Source of the DNA: a bacterium
Lineage (GTDB): Bacteria; Patescibacteriota; Minisyncoccia; Phycocordibacterales; Phycocordibacteraceae
Reading direction: 5' to 3'
DNA length: 64,000 bases
NCBI GenBank assembly: GCA_021849125.1
Contig: JAJZTG010000001.1
Coordinates: 18,392 to 82,391, forward strand
The position numbers and the translations under genes were made by a program. A model generated the notes under the pieces. It searched no databases. It worked only from the letters and a program-made list of their open reading frames with translations, and had not been told where the DNA came from. Shown piece after piece: positions 19,052 to 28,240 of the stretch. Position 1 is the first letter of the stretch. The number at the start of each line of letters is the position of its first letter.

Positions 19052-19078
19052 AAAACGAGCGACTAAGTCGCTCGTTTT
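19052..19078 (+). terminator. Intrinsic terminator after the element
   Basis: aaaacgagcgac-taa-gtcgctcgtttt. Confidence 0.75.
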
Positions 19079-19096
19079 GTGTTATATTTGGGTCAT

Positions 19097-20053
19097 ATGG
19101 CAGAGAAACCCGTCCTCGTTTCCGGCGTGAAGCCGACTGGTGACCTCCACATCGGCAACTACTTCGGCGCGATGCGCCAGTTCGTCGAACTCACACGGAA
19201 AGGGGAGTATCGTCCGTTCATCTTCGTTGCCGACTACCACGCATTGAATACGATGCAGGACGCCGAGGAGATGCGCCGCCGCATCCGCGAGATCGTAATG
19301 GCCTACCTCGCGATCGGCCTCGACCCTGAACAGGTCGTCTTCTTCAAGCAGTCGGACGTGCCCGCCCACACCGAGCTCTGCTGGATTTTCGATACCATCA
19401 CGACGATGCCATACCTCATGCGCGCACACGCTTTCAAGGATGCTGAAGCGAAAAACAAGGAGATCAATGTCGGCACGTTCAACTACCCGATGCTCATGGC
19501 CGCTGACATCCTCCTCTACGACGCAAAGGTCGTCCCGGTCGGAGCTGATCAGAAGCAGCACATCGAGATCACGCGCGACACCGCCGAGAAATTCAACCGC
19601 ATCTTCAAGGAAGAGGTCTTCACGCTTCCAGAGCCCTACATCATGCCCGAAGTCGCGACCGTGCCCGGCACCGATGGCCAGAAGATGAGCAAGAGCTACG
19701 GTAACGTGATCCCGCTTTTCGCCTCCCGCGACGAGCTCCACAAGCGCGTCATGAGCATCGTCACGGACTCCTCAGGCGGCCGCCCCGAAAACGTCTACGC
19801 AATCCACAAGCTGGTCCGAAGCGAAAACGAGCTTGAGACCATCTACCAGGAGAACGAAGGAAACTACAAGGCGCTCAAGGAACTCCTCGTCGAGGATCTC
19901 GATGCGTACTTCGCTCCGATACGCGCAGAGTACGAAGAGCTCGCAAAAGACGACAGCATCGTCGACGCGATCCTCGCGAAAGGGAAGCAGGAGGCTCGCG
20001 CGCTGAGCGAAGCGAAGATGGGCCTCGTCCGTGGCGCTATCGGCGTTGCATAA
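19097..20053 (+). CDS. trpS: Tryptophan--tRNA ligase
   Basis: SGVKPTGDLHIGNYFGA, VPVGADQKQH, KMSKS. Confidence 0.98.
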   Translation: MAEKPVLVSGVKPTGDLHIGNYFGAMRQFVELTRKGEYRPFIFVADYHALNTMQDAEEMRRRIREIVMAYLAIGLDPEQVVFFKQSDVPAHTELCWIFDTITTMPYLMRAHAFKDAEAKNKEINVGTFNYPMLMAADILLYDAKVVPVGADQKQHIEITRDTAEKFNRIFKEEVFTLPEPYIMPEVATVPGTDGQKMSKSYGNVIPLFASRDELHKRVMSIVTDSSGGRPENVYAIHKLVRSENELETIYQENEGNYKALKELLVEDLDAYFAPIRAEYEELAKDDSIVDAILAKGKQEARALSEAKMGLVRGAIGVA

Positions 20054-20158
20054 CCTGCCTTGACACCTCTCCCCTCAGGGCGCATGCTCGTACCCAGAAG
20101 TATCTTGAAACCCTGAGGATACCCCTTGCACGGGCCCTCTTTGGACAAGGAGACGATC

Positions 20159-20704
20159 ATGAGCGCCATTGTTCCCTCAGCAGTAGATCTCAGCCGAGTC
20201 TGGACGTTCCGTCTGGGCACATGCCCCTCCGTAAAAGAACTCCTGGCATCGATGAGCGTAAACAAGATGATCCTTACGCATCGCGCTCAACTATTGCTCA
20301 GGCAAGGGGTGCCTCTCTATCTGACCAAGAAGACAGGGACATTCCGGCTTATGCAGGTTAAAGAACGCGGATTCCCTGACGGCGCGACTTATCTGGAATT
20401 CTGTACCCAAGTCATTCTCGATGGTTACGAATTATGTCCGCCTGAAATCACTTTCCCGTTCCGAAGAACTTTCAAGAACCAGCCGCGGAATCACACTGTG
20501 CGCATCGCCATGGACCCGTTGCACGGTGCAATCCTCGTCAAAGGAATCAAGAATCGTGCCGCGTTCATCCTCGTCGTAGGCAATGGCAATTATGACGACG
20601 TCGAGAAAGCCGGCAAACCCTGGATCGACGCGGAAGATTCTCAACCTGACGATCATTACGGTCCCGAGGACACCTTTCTCGTCATGGAAAAGGGTGCACT
20701 ATGA
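20159..20704 (+). CDS. Hypothetical protein (GF..GAT...ELCPPE...QP...IAMDP family, recalled as frequent in CPR)
   Basis: SD ACAAGGAG before ATG 20159. The family recognition is from memory and unverified. Confidence 0.6.
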   Translation: MSAIVPSAVDLSRVWTFRLGTCPSVKELLASMSVNKMILTHRAQLLLRQGVPLYLTKKTGTFRLMQVKERGFPDGATYLEFCTQVILDGYELCPPEITFPFRRTFKNQPRNHTVRIAMDPLHGAILVKGIKNRAAFILVVGNGNYDDVEKAGKPWIDAEDSQPDDHYGPEDTFLVMEKGAL

Positions 20705-20765
20705 TACGCCCAGTGCCCTGTACCGCCCCGCAAAACATCGCGGGGTGTGTTATTTTATAGACATT

Positions 20766-22088
20766 ATGGAACGTACGCTTATCGGGGAACTGGGGAGCTG
20801 TGTGGGCGAGACCGTCTCGGTCGAGGGATCAATCGACGTCCGCCGCGACCAGGGCAAAATGGTCTTTTTCGATTTCCGCGATCGCTCGGGGACGGTGCAG
20901 GGCGTCTGCCTCCCGGGCTCGGAAGCTCTCGAGATTGCGAAGGAAACCAACAAAGAGTACGTCGTTCGCGTGGAGGGCACCGTGAACAAGCGCCCGGAGA
21001 AAAACGTCGTCGACCGCCAGAATGGCGACATCGAGCTCGAGGTGAAGGGGATCGAGATCCTCGCGAAAGCCGAACCGCTTCCGTTTGACACCGATGCGGA
21101 GATCAATCTCGACACGATGCTCGACTACCGCCCGCTCACGGTCCGTCGCGAACGCGAGCGCCTCATATTCAAGACGCAGGCAGAGATCATCAAAGGTTTC
21201 CGCGAATACCTCGATGACCAGGGCTTCACCGAATTCCAGGCACCCAAGCTCGTAGGTGACGATGCCGAAGGCGGCGCGGGCGTCTTCAAGGTCGAATACT
21301 TCAAGGACCGAAGTGCCTACCTCGCGACTTCACCGCAGCTCTACAAGCAGATGATGGTCGGACCATTCGAGCGCGTGTACACGGCTGGCGCGCAATTCCG
21401 CGCTGAGAAGCATGCGACCACCCGCCACCTAAACGAGCTTTCGATGCTCGATTTCGAAATGGGCTTCATCAAGGACCACACCGACGTGATGCGCATGCTC
21501 GAAGGAGCGCTGAAGCACATCACGAAGCGCCTCGGCGAGCAGCTTCCGGGCAAATTCGAGTTGCCGCTTGTTCCTGAAAGTTTCCCGGTCGTGAAGCTTC
21601 GCGAAGCGCAAGAGATCCTCGGCGTTTCCACCGACGAACCGGATCTTGAACCGGAACACGAACGCGCGCTCTCCGAATGGGCGAAGCGCGAGAAGGGAAG
21701 CGACTTCATCTTCGTGACGCACTACCCGGTCTCGAAGCGTCCGTTCTATACCATGGAAGACGAGAACGATCCGGGCATGACCAAGAGCTTCGACCTACTC
21801 TTCCGCGGTGTCGAGATCGTCTCGGGCAGCCAACGCGTTCACGACTACGAGATGCTGGTACAGAAGATTGCCGACAAAGGCCTCGATCCAGAGAAGTTCT
21901 CGTTCTACCTCATGGCCTTCAAGTACGGCATGCCGCCGCACGGCGGTATCGGCATGGGTCTCGAGCGTCTCACGCAGAAATTCCTCGGCCTCGAGAACGT
22001 GAAGGAAGCGACCCTGTTCCCGCGCGACATGAACCGCATCGACGTGCTCCTCTCAAGCTCCATTCCCGATGAATCCAACGACGCTTAA
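20766..22088 (+). CDS. aspS: Aspartate--tRNA ligase, short archaeal/non-discriminating type
   Basis: OB-fold FFDFRDRSG, YLATSPQLYKQ, FRAEKHATTRHLNE, GMPPHGGIGMGLERL; about 440 aa with no GAD insert. Confidence 0.93.
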   Translation: MERTLIGELGSCVGETVSVEGSIDVRRDQGKMVFFDFRDRSGTVQGVCLPGSEALEIAKETNKEYVVRVEGTVNKRPEKNVVDRQNGDIELEVKGIEILAKAEPLPFDTDAEINLDTMLDYRPLTVRRERERLIFKTQAEIIKGFREYLDDQGFTEFQAPKLVGDDAEGGAGVFKVEYFKDRSAYLATSPQLYKQMMVGPFERVYTAGAQFRAEKHATTRHLNELSMLDFEMGFIKDHTDVMRMLEGALKHITKRLGEQLPGKFELPLVPESFPVVKLREAQEILGVSTDEPDLEPEHERALSEWAKREKGSDFIFVTHYPVSKRPFYTMEDENDPGMTKSFDLLFRGVEIVSGSQRVHDYEMLVQKIADKGLDPEKFSFYLMAFKYGMPPHGGIGMGLERLTQKFLGLENVKEATLFPRDMNRIDVLLSSSIPDESNDA

Positions 22089-22812
22089 GACGGGGTTTTC
22101 GATAGAGACCGAGTCCTACCAAGGCCCGTTTGAGCTCGTGCTCGACCTCATCGAGGCGCGCAAGCTCTTGGTGAATGACCTTGCGCTCGCCTCGATCACC
22201 GAAGACTTCATCCAGCATGTCCGTGGTCAGACCGTCTTTCCCATCGAAGAAACTGCGAACTTCGTCCAGATTGCCGCGACCCTGCTTCTCATCAAGTCGA
22301 AGTCGCTCATCCCGGACCTCACCCTCACCGAAGAAGAGAATGCCGACATCACCGACCTCAAGCTCCGTCTCGCTTCGTACGAGAAAGCACGCGAGGGCGC
22401 ACGCGAGCTTTCGCGTGTATTCGGGAAGCAGCGTCTCTACTCGGCGGGCCTCAAAGTCTTCGAGCCCTTCTTCGCACCGACCCGCGACTTCACGAAAGAG
22501 TCGCTCGCGGACGCGCTCGTACGCATGCTCGCTGCCCGCGAGACGCCGGAAGAGCTTCCGGAAGCGCGCGTGAAGCCTCTGATCTCGATCGAGGAAGTCA
22601 TGGACAGCCTCTCGAAGCGCGTACAGCAGAGTCTTACGCTCTCGTTCAAGGAGTTTGCTGGGAGCGCCAAAGAGAAGGTCGAGGTGATCGTCTCGTTCTT
22701 GGCCCTCCTTGAGCTCGTGAAGCAGGGCGCCGTCGCCGCCGAACAGTACGAGCACCATGGCGACATCCGCATCTCCCACACCGCTGCCTCCGCCGTTCCG
22801 CATTACGGCTAA
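22069..22812 (+). CDS. scpA: Segregation/condensation protein A
   Basis: YQGPFELVLDLI...AATLLLIKSKSLIP...FLALLELVKQG. Confidence 0.93.
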   Translation: MNPTTLKTGFSIETESYQGPFELVLDLIEARKLLVNDLALASITEDFIQHVRGQTVFPIEETANFVQIAATLLLIKSKSLIPDLTLTEEENADITDLKLRLASYEKAREGARELSRVFGKQRLYSAGLKVFEPFFAPTRDFTKESLADALVRMLAARETPEELPEARVKPLISIEEVMDSLSKRVQQSLTLSFKEFAGSAKEKVEVIVSFLALLELVKQGAVAAEQYEHHGDIRISHTAASAVPHYG

Positions 22813-22877
22813 ATTGTAATCTTATAATTTTGTGCTATATTCCTCGGCAGATTAACTGTCAAAAGAAGGGGTTAGCT

Positions 22878-23288
22878 ATGAGCATAGGGAATCTTCCAGT
22901 GGGAACCGTTGTAATCCGCCAGGAATCAAATATTGAATTCCAAAGGATCTCTGACTGTTTCCAATTACTCACGCCGGAGGAAATTGAACAGGTTGAAGAA
23001 GGCGATTTTATTTGGACACCTGTGAGCCTGCCTTCGGCAGCACCCGAGCATCAACAGAAAAAATGCTTTGTCAAAGTAGAAATAATCATGGCAGAACTCA
23101 TGAGCTCATGGGGCAACCCAGAAAAAAACTTCACGTATGCTTCCGGGAAAATGACGTCCCGTTGCTGTACCTCGCTCGGTGGAAGTGTTGCTGAGGGCGG
23201 AGCCTTCCTTCATTCTTCATTCTGGAAAGCGGACGAGGTGCTTTTACAAGAACTCCTTGTACAACATCCACAAGCAATCGACCTCTGA
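22878..23288 (+). CDS. Hypothetical protein inserted between scpA and scpB
   Basis: Relatively AT-rich; SD AAGAAGGGG; own terminator gccgccgcgt..acgcggcggttcttt. Confidence 0.55.
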   Translation: MSIGNLPVGTVVIRQESNIEFQRISDCFQLLTPEEIEQVEEGDFIWTPVSLPSAAPEHQQKKCFVKVEIIMAELMSSWGNPEKNFTYASGKMTSRCCTSLGGSVAEGGAFLHSSFWKADEVLLQELLVQHPQAIDL

Positions 23289-23381
23289 TCTAGCCGCCGC
23301 GTCTCAACGCGGCGGTTCTTTGTTTTTATACCCAAAACCGGGCGTTGCCCGCGAAGGATGGCGCGGGTATGATACGTAGTA

Positions 23382-23942
23382 ATGCTCACTCCTCCTGCAG
23401 CCTTGGAAGCCCTTCTGTTTGCCTCCGGCGATCCGCTTGAAAAGAAGCGTGTCGCGAGCCTGCTCGGGATCACGCCCGAACAGCTCGCCAAGACTATCGC
23501 CGCGCTTGCCGACTCGCTCAAAGAGACCGGCCTCGCGCTTATCGAGACAGAGACCGAACTTGAACTCCGTACGGCTCCCGAGGCGGCCGACATCGTGAAG
23601 AAACTCCGCGAAGCGGAACTCTCCCGCGACCTCGGGAAGGGGAGCCTTGAGACGCTTGCGGTCATCGCCTACGAAGGTGGTGCAACAAGGAGCGAGCTCG
23701 ACTGGGTACGCGGCGTAAACTCCTCGGCTTCCTTGCGCACGCTTCTCATGCGCGGTCTCGTAGAGGGCAGGGAAGACGAGCGCGATAAGCGCCGCATCCG
23801 CTACACCCTCACGACCGAAGCCTTGGCACATTTGGGCATCAAGAACGCAACCGAGCTTCCGCGTGCGGAAGAACTGCGCGCCTCCGTCGCACAAGCGCTC
23901 GAAGAGAAGGCTGCCGAACCGGTAGAAGACACCGCTGCATAA
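23382..23942 (+). CDS. scpB: Segregation/condensation protein B
   Basis: LEALLFASGDP...LETLAVIAY...VRGVNS...LLMRGLV. Confidence 0.95.
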   Translation: MLTPPAALEALLFASGDPLEKKRVASLLGITPEQLAKTIAALADSLKETGLALIETETELELRTAPEAADIVKKLREAELSRDLGKGSLETLAVIAYEGGATRSELDWVRGVNSSASLRTLLMRGLVEGREDERDKRRIRYTLTTEALAHLGIKNATELPRAEELRASVAQALEEKAAEPVEDTAA

Positions 23943-23943
23943 C

Positions 23944-24897
23944 ATGAATTCTGTCGATCTTCAAAAAATTGCCGAGCGGAGCCGCACTATGCGACAAACC
24001 GGCTTCGCCCTTCTTTTCGCTTCAGTGATCCTTGGCGTTTTTCTTTTGATACCGCAAGGATACGCCGTCCCGACTGTCTCAAGTACCGACATGGAAACCG
24101 CCACCTCGACCACGCCGACTCCTTTTACAAAGGCACCCATTACGGCAAAAGCAGCTATCGTCTACGACCTTACGACCGAGCAGGTTCTCTTTGCAAAGAA
24201 TGCGGACGCTCAACTGCCGCTCGCATCCCTTACAAAGATCCTTACGGTCTATGCCGCCGTGGCGACGCTCGGAACGGATGCGACCGTGACTATCCCTGAG
24301 GACGCAACCCGGGTCGATGCGCCACGACTTTTCCAGACGGGACAAACTTTCGCCCTTTCTGATCTCGCCGAGCTTACGCTCACCGCTTCGCTCAATGACG
24401 GCGCCGCGGCGATCGCAAGCGCGACTGCAGCCTACGAGCAACGCTCGACGTATGACGCGCTCGCCGGCGCAGCAGCCGCCCTTAACCTCTCCCAGACGTA
24501 CGCCGTAAACGGGAGCGGCCTCGATGTGAGCCCCTCGACTTCCGGCGGCTATGGTTCCGCCTATGACCTTGCACGCCTCTCGGGAGCGCTCGTCGCCACG
24601 GCACCCGCGATCGCACAAGCGACTACTCAGATGGAAATCTCCGCAGCTTCAGAGAATGGCAGATCTTTCACGGTGAAGAACACCGACCCGATGGTCGGCT
24701 CTTTCCCGCGCCTTCTCCTCTCTAAGACCGGTTATACGGACTTGGCAGGCGGTAACCTGGCCCTCGTCTTTGACGTAGGTATCGGGCATCCGGTCGCCGT
24801 CGTCGTGCTTGGTTCGACGAAGAAAGAACGCTTTACCGACGCATCAGCCCTGGTATCCGCGACCTTCGCTCATTTCGCCGGCGTGCCATCGCTCTGA
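23944..24897 (+). CDS. D-Ala-D-Ala carboxypeptidase (peptidase S11)
   Basis: PLASLTKI (SxxK), SLN (SxN), SKTGYTDLAG; N-terminal TM helix. Confidence 0.9.
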   Translation: MNSVDLQKIAERSRTMRQTGFALLFASVILGVFLLIPQGYAVPTVSSTDMETATSTTPTPFTKAPITAKAAIVYDLTTEQVLFAKNADAQLPLASLTKILTVYAAVATLGTDATVTIPEDATRVDAPRLFQTGQTFALSDLAELTLTASLNDGAAAIASATAAYEQRSTYDALAGAAAALNLSQTYAVNGSGLDVSPSTSGGYGSAYDLARLSGALVATAPAIAQATTQMEISAASENGRSFTVKNTDPMVGSFPRLLLSKTGYTDLAGGNLALVFDVGIGHPVAVVVLGSTKKERFTDASALVSATFAHFAGVPSL

Positions 24898-24904
24898 TTG
24901 ACGT

Positions 24905-25981
24905 ATGCCAAGCCTCGACATCATCAAGGTTTTCATCCCCGCGACAGCGGCTTTCGCGATCGGTATCCTGTTCGCACCGCTTCTCACGCATTACCTTTTC
25001 AAATACAAGGTCTGGAAGAAATCGGTAGGGAAGATCGCGCTCGACGGCAAACCCGCGGTCGAGTTCGAAAAGCTCCGTACGACCGTGCATGCCGGCACCG
25101 AGACGAAAACGCCGCGCATGGGCGGCATCCTCATCTGGGCAACCGTCACCTTCGTGACCCTTGCGCTCTGGCTTCTCGCAGAGCTCATGCCGATCCCGCT
25201 TTTCCAAAAGCTCGACTTCCTTTCTCGCAGCCAGACCTGGATCCCGCTTTTTGCTCTTCTTGCCGGCTCTCTCATGGGATTCCTGAATGATTTGCTCGAC
25301 ATCCTTCCTTCAGGAGAACGCGGTGTCGGCCTGCGAACCCGCCTTCTGTTCGTCACGGCTGTCTCGCTTTTCATCGGCTGGTGGTTCTACGCGAAGCTCG
25401 GCATCTCTTCCATAGGCATCCCGGGAGACGGCACGTTTGAGCTCGGAGCGCTCATCATCCCGCTCTTCGTCCTCGTGACGATCGGTCTCTATGCCGGCGG
25501 CGTGATCGATGGCATCGACGGCCTGTCGGGCGGCGTCTTCGGCGCGATCTTCATGGCCTACACCGGCATCGCCTATTTCCAGAACCAGATAAACCTCGCT
25601 GCGTTCTCAGCGACCCTGGTAGGCGCGATCCTTGCCTTCCTCTGGTTCAACATCCCGCCTGCGCGCTTCTGGATGACCGAGACTGGCACTATGGGGCTCA
25701 CTATGACCCTTGCGGTCATCGCCTTCATGACCGATACGCCAGGAAACGGTTACGGCATCGCCGCGCTCCCGATCATCGCGTTCCCGCTCGTCATCACTGT
25801 CCTCTCGAACGTCGTCCAAGTGCTCTCGAAGAAACTCCGTGGGAAAAAAGTCTTCCGCATCGCGCCTTTGCACCATCACTTCGAAGCGATCGGTTGGCCC
25901 TCCTACAAAGTGACGATGCGTTACTGGGTCATCTCGATCGTCTGTGCCATCGTCGGCATGACCGTCGCTCTCCTCAAGTAA
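24905..25981 (+). CDS. mraY: Phospho-MurNAc-pentapeptide transferase
   Basis: KTPRMGG, DGIDGL, FLWFNIPPA, APLHHHFE. Confidence 0.95.
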   Translation: MPSLDIIKVFIPATAAFAIGILFAPLLTHYLFKYKVWKKSVGKIALDGKPAVEFEKLRTTVHAGTETKTPRMGGILIWATVTFVTLALWLLAELMPIPLFQKLDFLSRSQTWIPLFALLAGSLMGFLNDLLDILPSGERGVGLRTRLLFVTAVSLFIGWWFYAKLGISSIGIPGDGTFELGALIIPLFVLVTIGLYAGGVIDGIDGLSGGVFGAIFMAYTGIAYFQNQINLAAFSATLVGAILAFLWFNIPPARFWMTETGTMGLTMTLAVIAFMTDTPGNGYGIAALPIIAFPLVITVLSNVVQVLSKKLRGKKVFRIAPLHHHFEAIGWPSYKVTMRYWVISIVCAIVGMTVALLK

Positions 25982-25985
25982 GCCT

Positions 25986-27083
25986 ATGCGGTCTGTCTCC
26001 GGCGATCGGGTGTTCCTTACTCTCGTCATCATCCTTGCGCTTGCAGGGCTTGCTATCTTTTCTTCCGCGACGCTTGGATTTCTCGCACGCGAGACAGTCT
26101 CGGTCTCGCGTAACATCCTGCTTCAGACCGGTCTCGGCTTCGGTATCGGATTCCTAGGATTCCTTGCTGCACGCGCTATCCCGCTTGCGAGTCTCAAGCG
26201 TTTCGCTCCGTACATCTATGCCTTCACCATCCTTCTCACTCTCTCGGTCTTCGTGCCGGGCATCGGCTTCCACTCCGGAGGAGCGACTCGGTGGATCAAT
26301 CTCGGTTTTACGACGATTCAACCCGCTGAATTCCTTAAGATCGGATTTGTCCTGGCGCTTGCCTGGTGGCTCGCACCTCGCGCGCGTCAGCTTTCAAATC
26401 CAAAGAAAGGCCTTTTGCCGTTCGGTGCGTTCCTCGTCATCCCCGCCGGAATCCTTCTGGCTCAACCGAACACCTCGACTACCATGCTCCTTCTCGTCAC
26501 GGGCGCCGCGATGTACTTCGTCGCTGGAGCTCCTTGGCGAGATTTCGGTATCCTGTTCCTCATTGCTGTTCTTGCGCTCGGCCTCGTCATTACCGTGCGC
26601 CCCTATGCGCTTGAACGCGTAAAGACCTTTATCGACCCTTCGGCAAACTCGCTCTCGAGCGGCTATCAGATCCAACAAGCTCTGATCGCGGTCGGATCCG
26701 GACAATTCATCGGGCGGGGATTCGGTCAGAGCGTCGAGAAGTTCAACTATCTCCCGGAGCCTGACGGCGACTCAGTCTTTGCGGTTTTTGCCGAAGAAAC
26801 CGGTTTCGTCGGTGCGATCATACTCCTTTTCCTGTTTGTCGGCCTCGCTGCGCGCGGGATCGTCCTCGCGAGCCATTCAAGCGATCTTTTCGGCGGTCTC
26901 GTCGCTTTCGGTTTTTCGTTCCTCATCATCTTCCAAGCATTCATCAATATAGGTGCCATGATCGGTATCGTCCCGCTTACCGGGTTGCCGTTGCCATTCA
27001 TATCCCATGGCGGTACCGCGCTCGCTGCCACGCTCCTTATGTGTGGTCTCATCCTGAACGTCGCAGCCCATCGCAAGGGCTGA
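25986..27083 (+). CDS. ftsW: SEDS protein FtsW
   Basis: GATRWI, QPAEFLK, GYQIQQA, PLTGLPLPFISHGG; lies between mraY and murG. Confidence 0.9.
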   Translation: MRSVSGDRVFLTLVIILALAGLAIFSSATLGFLARETVSVSRNILLQTGLGFGIGFLGFLAARAIPLASLKRFAPYIYAFTILLTLSVFVPGIGFHSGGATRWINLGFTTIQPAEFLKIGFVLALAWWLAPRARQLSNPKKGLLPFGAFLVIPAGILLAQPNTSTTMLLLVTGAAMYFVAGAPWRDFGILFLIAVLALGLVITVRPYALERVKTFIDPSANSLSSGYQIQQALIAVGSGQFIGRGFGQSVEKFNYLPEPDGDSVFAVFAEETGFVGAIILLFLFVGLAARGIVLASHSSDLFGGLVAFGFSFLIIFQAFINIGAMIGIVPLTGLPLPFISHGGTALAATLLMCGLILNVAAHRKG

Positions 27084-27100
27084 AATGCTATAGTAGAGCC

Positions 27101-28240
27101 ATGACGATCGCATTTACCGGTGGGGGAACAGGGGGGCATTTCTATCCGATCATCGCCATCGCCGAAGCGCTCCGAGACATGGCGCGTGAAGAACGTCTGG
27201 TCGAACCGAAGCTTTACTTCTTGAGCTCAAGCGCGCTTGATGAGAAAGCGCTCTTTGAGAACGGCATCACCTATATCCATATCCCGGCAGGGAAGATGCG
27301 CCGCTATGCGTCTTTCCGCAACCTCTCAGACCTCTTACTTACGGCCACCGGTTTCTTTTCGGCACTCATCACCTTGTTCCGACTCTATCCGGATGTCGTC
27401 GTAAGCAAGGGTGGTTACGCGAGCGTCCCGACCGTCCTCGCCGCGCACTTCCTCAGGATCCCTATCATCATCCACGAGTCGGACGCGAAACCGGGCCGCG
27501 CTAACCTGCTAGCCGCCAAATTCGCGACCAAGATCGCCGTAGCATTTGATAGCGCAGCCGCTTATTTCCCAGAGAAGACTCGCGGGAAGATCGCGCGCAC
27601 CGGCATACCGATCCGCAAGGCCCTCATGCGCACGGAAAGCGAAGGGGCACGACAGTATCTCGGCCTTGAAGGCGGAGTGCCGACTGTCCTCATCCTCGGC
27701 GGCTCGCAGGGTGCCGTGAAGATAAACGAAGTCGTCATCTCAGCGCTGCCGGAACTCGTGACGCTCGCCAACGTCATCCATCAGACCGGTCCGGCAAATT
27801 TCAAGAATGTCGAATCCTTGAGCCGGGTCGTCCTTGCCCAAAGCCCTCATGCTGCACGCTACCACCCGTTCAACTACCTCGACCAGGTTTCCATGCAACG
27901 TGCTGCTGGCGCCGCTGACCTCGTCATCTCGCGTGCCGGTTCTGGCTCTATCTCTGAGATCGGTCTCTGGAAGAAACCGGCGATCCTCATACCGATACCG
28001 GAGTCCGTGAGTCATGATCAGCGGACTAATGCGTACGCTTACGCGCGCACCGGTGCAGCGGTCGTCCTCGAAGAAGAGAACCTGACTCCGCACCTCTTCA
28101 TCGCCGAGATCTCGCGCATCCTCAAAGACCCGGAGACCGCGAAGCACATGAGCGTAGCAGCCGAAGGCTTCACCGATCCAGATGCCGCGCGCATTCTCGC
28201 GCATGAAGTCCTTGCGCTCGCGCTCGCGCATGAATCATGA
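27101..28240 (+). CDS. murG: MurG glycosyltransferase
   Basis: TGGGTGGHFYP, KGGYAS, HESDAKPG, GGSQG, SRAGS. Confidence 0.96.
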   Translation: MTIAFTGGGTGGHFYPIIAIAEALRDMAREERLVEPKLYFLSSSALDEKALFENGITYIHIPAGKMRRYASFRNLSDLLLTATGFFSALITLFRLYPDVVVSKGGYASVPTVLAAHFLRIPIIIHESDAKPGRANLLAAKFATKIAVAFDSAAAYFPEKTRGKIARTGIPIRKALMRTESEGARQYLGLEGGVPTVLILGGSQGAVKINEVVISALPELVTLANVIHQTGPANFKNVESLSRVVLAQSPHAARYHPFNYLDQVSMQRAAGAADLVISRAGSGSISEIGLWKKPAILIPIPESVSHDQRTNAYAYARTGAAVVLEEENLTPHLFIAEISRILKDPETAKHMSVAAEGFTDPDAARILAHEVLALALAHES

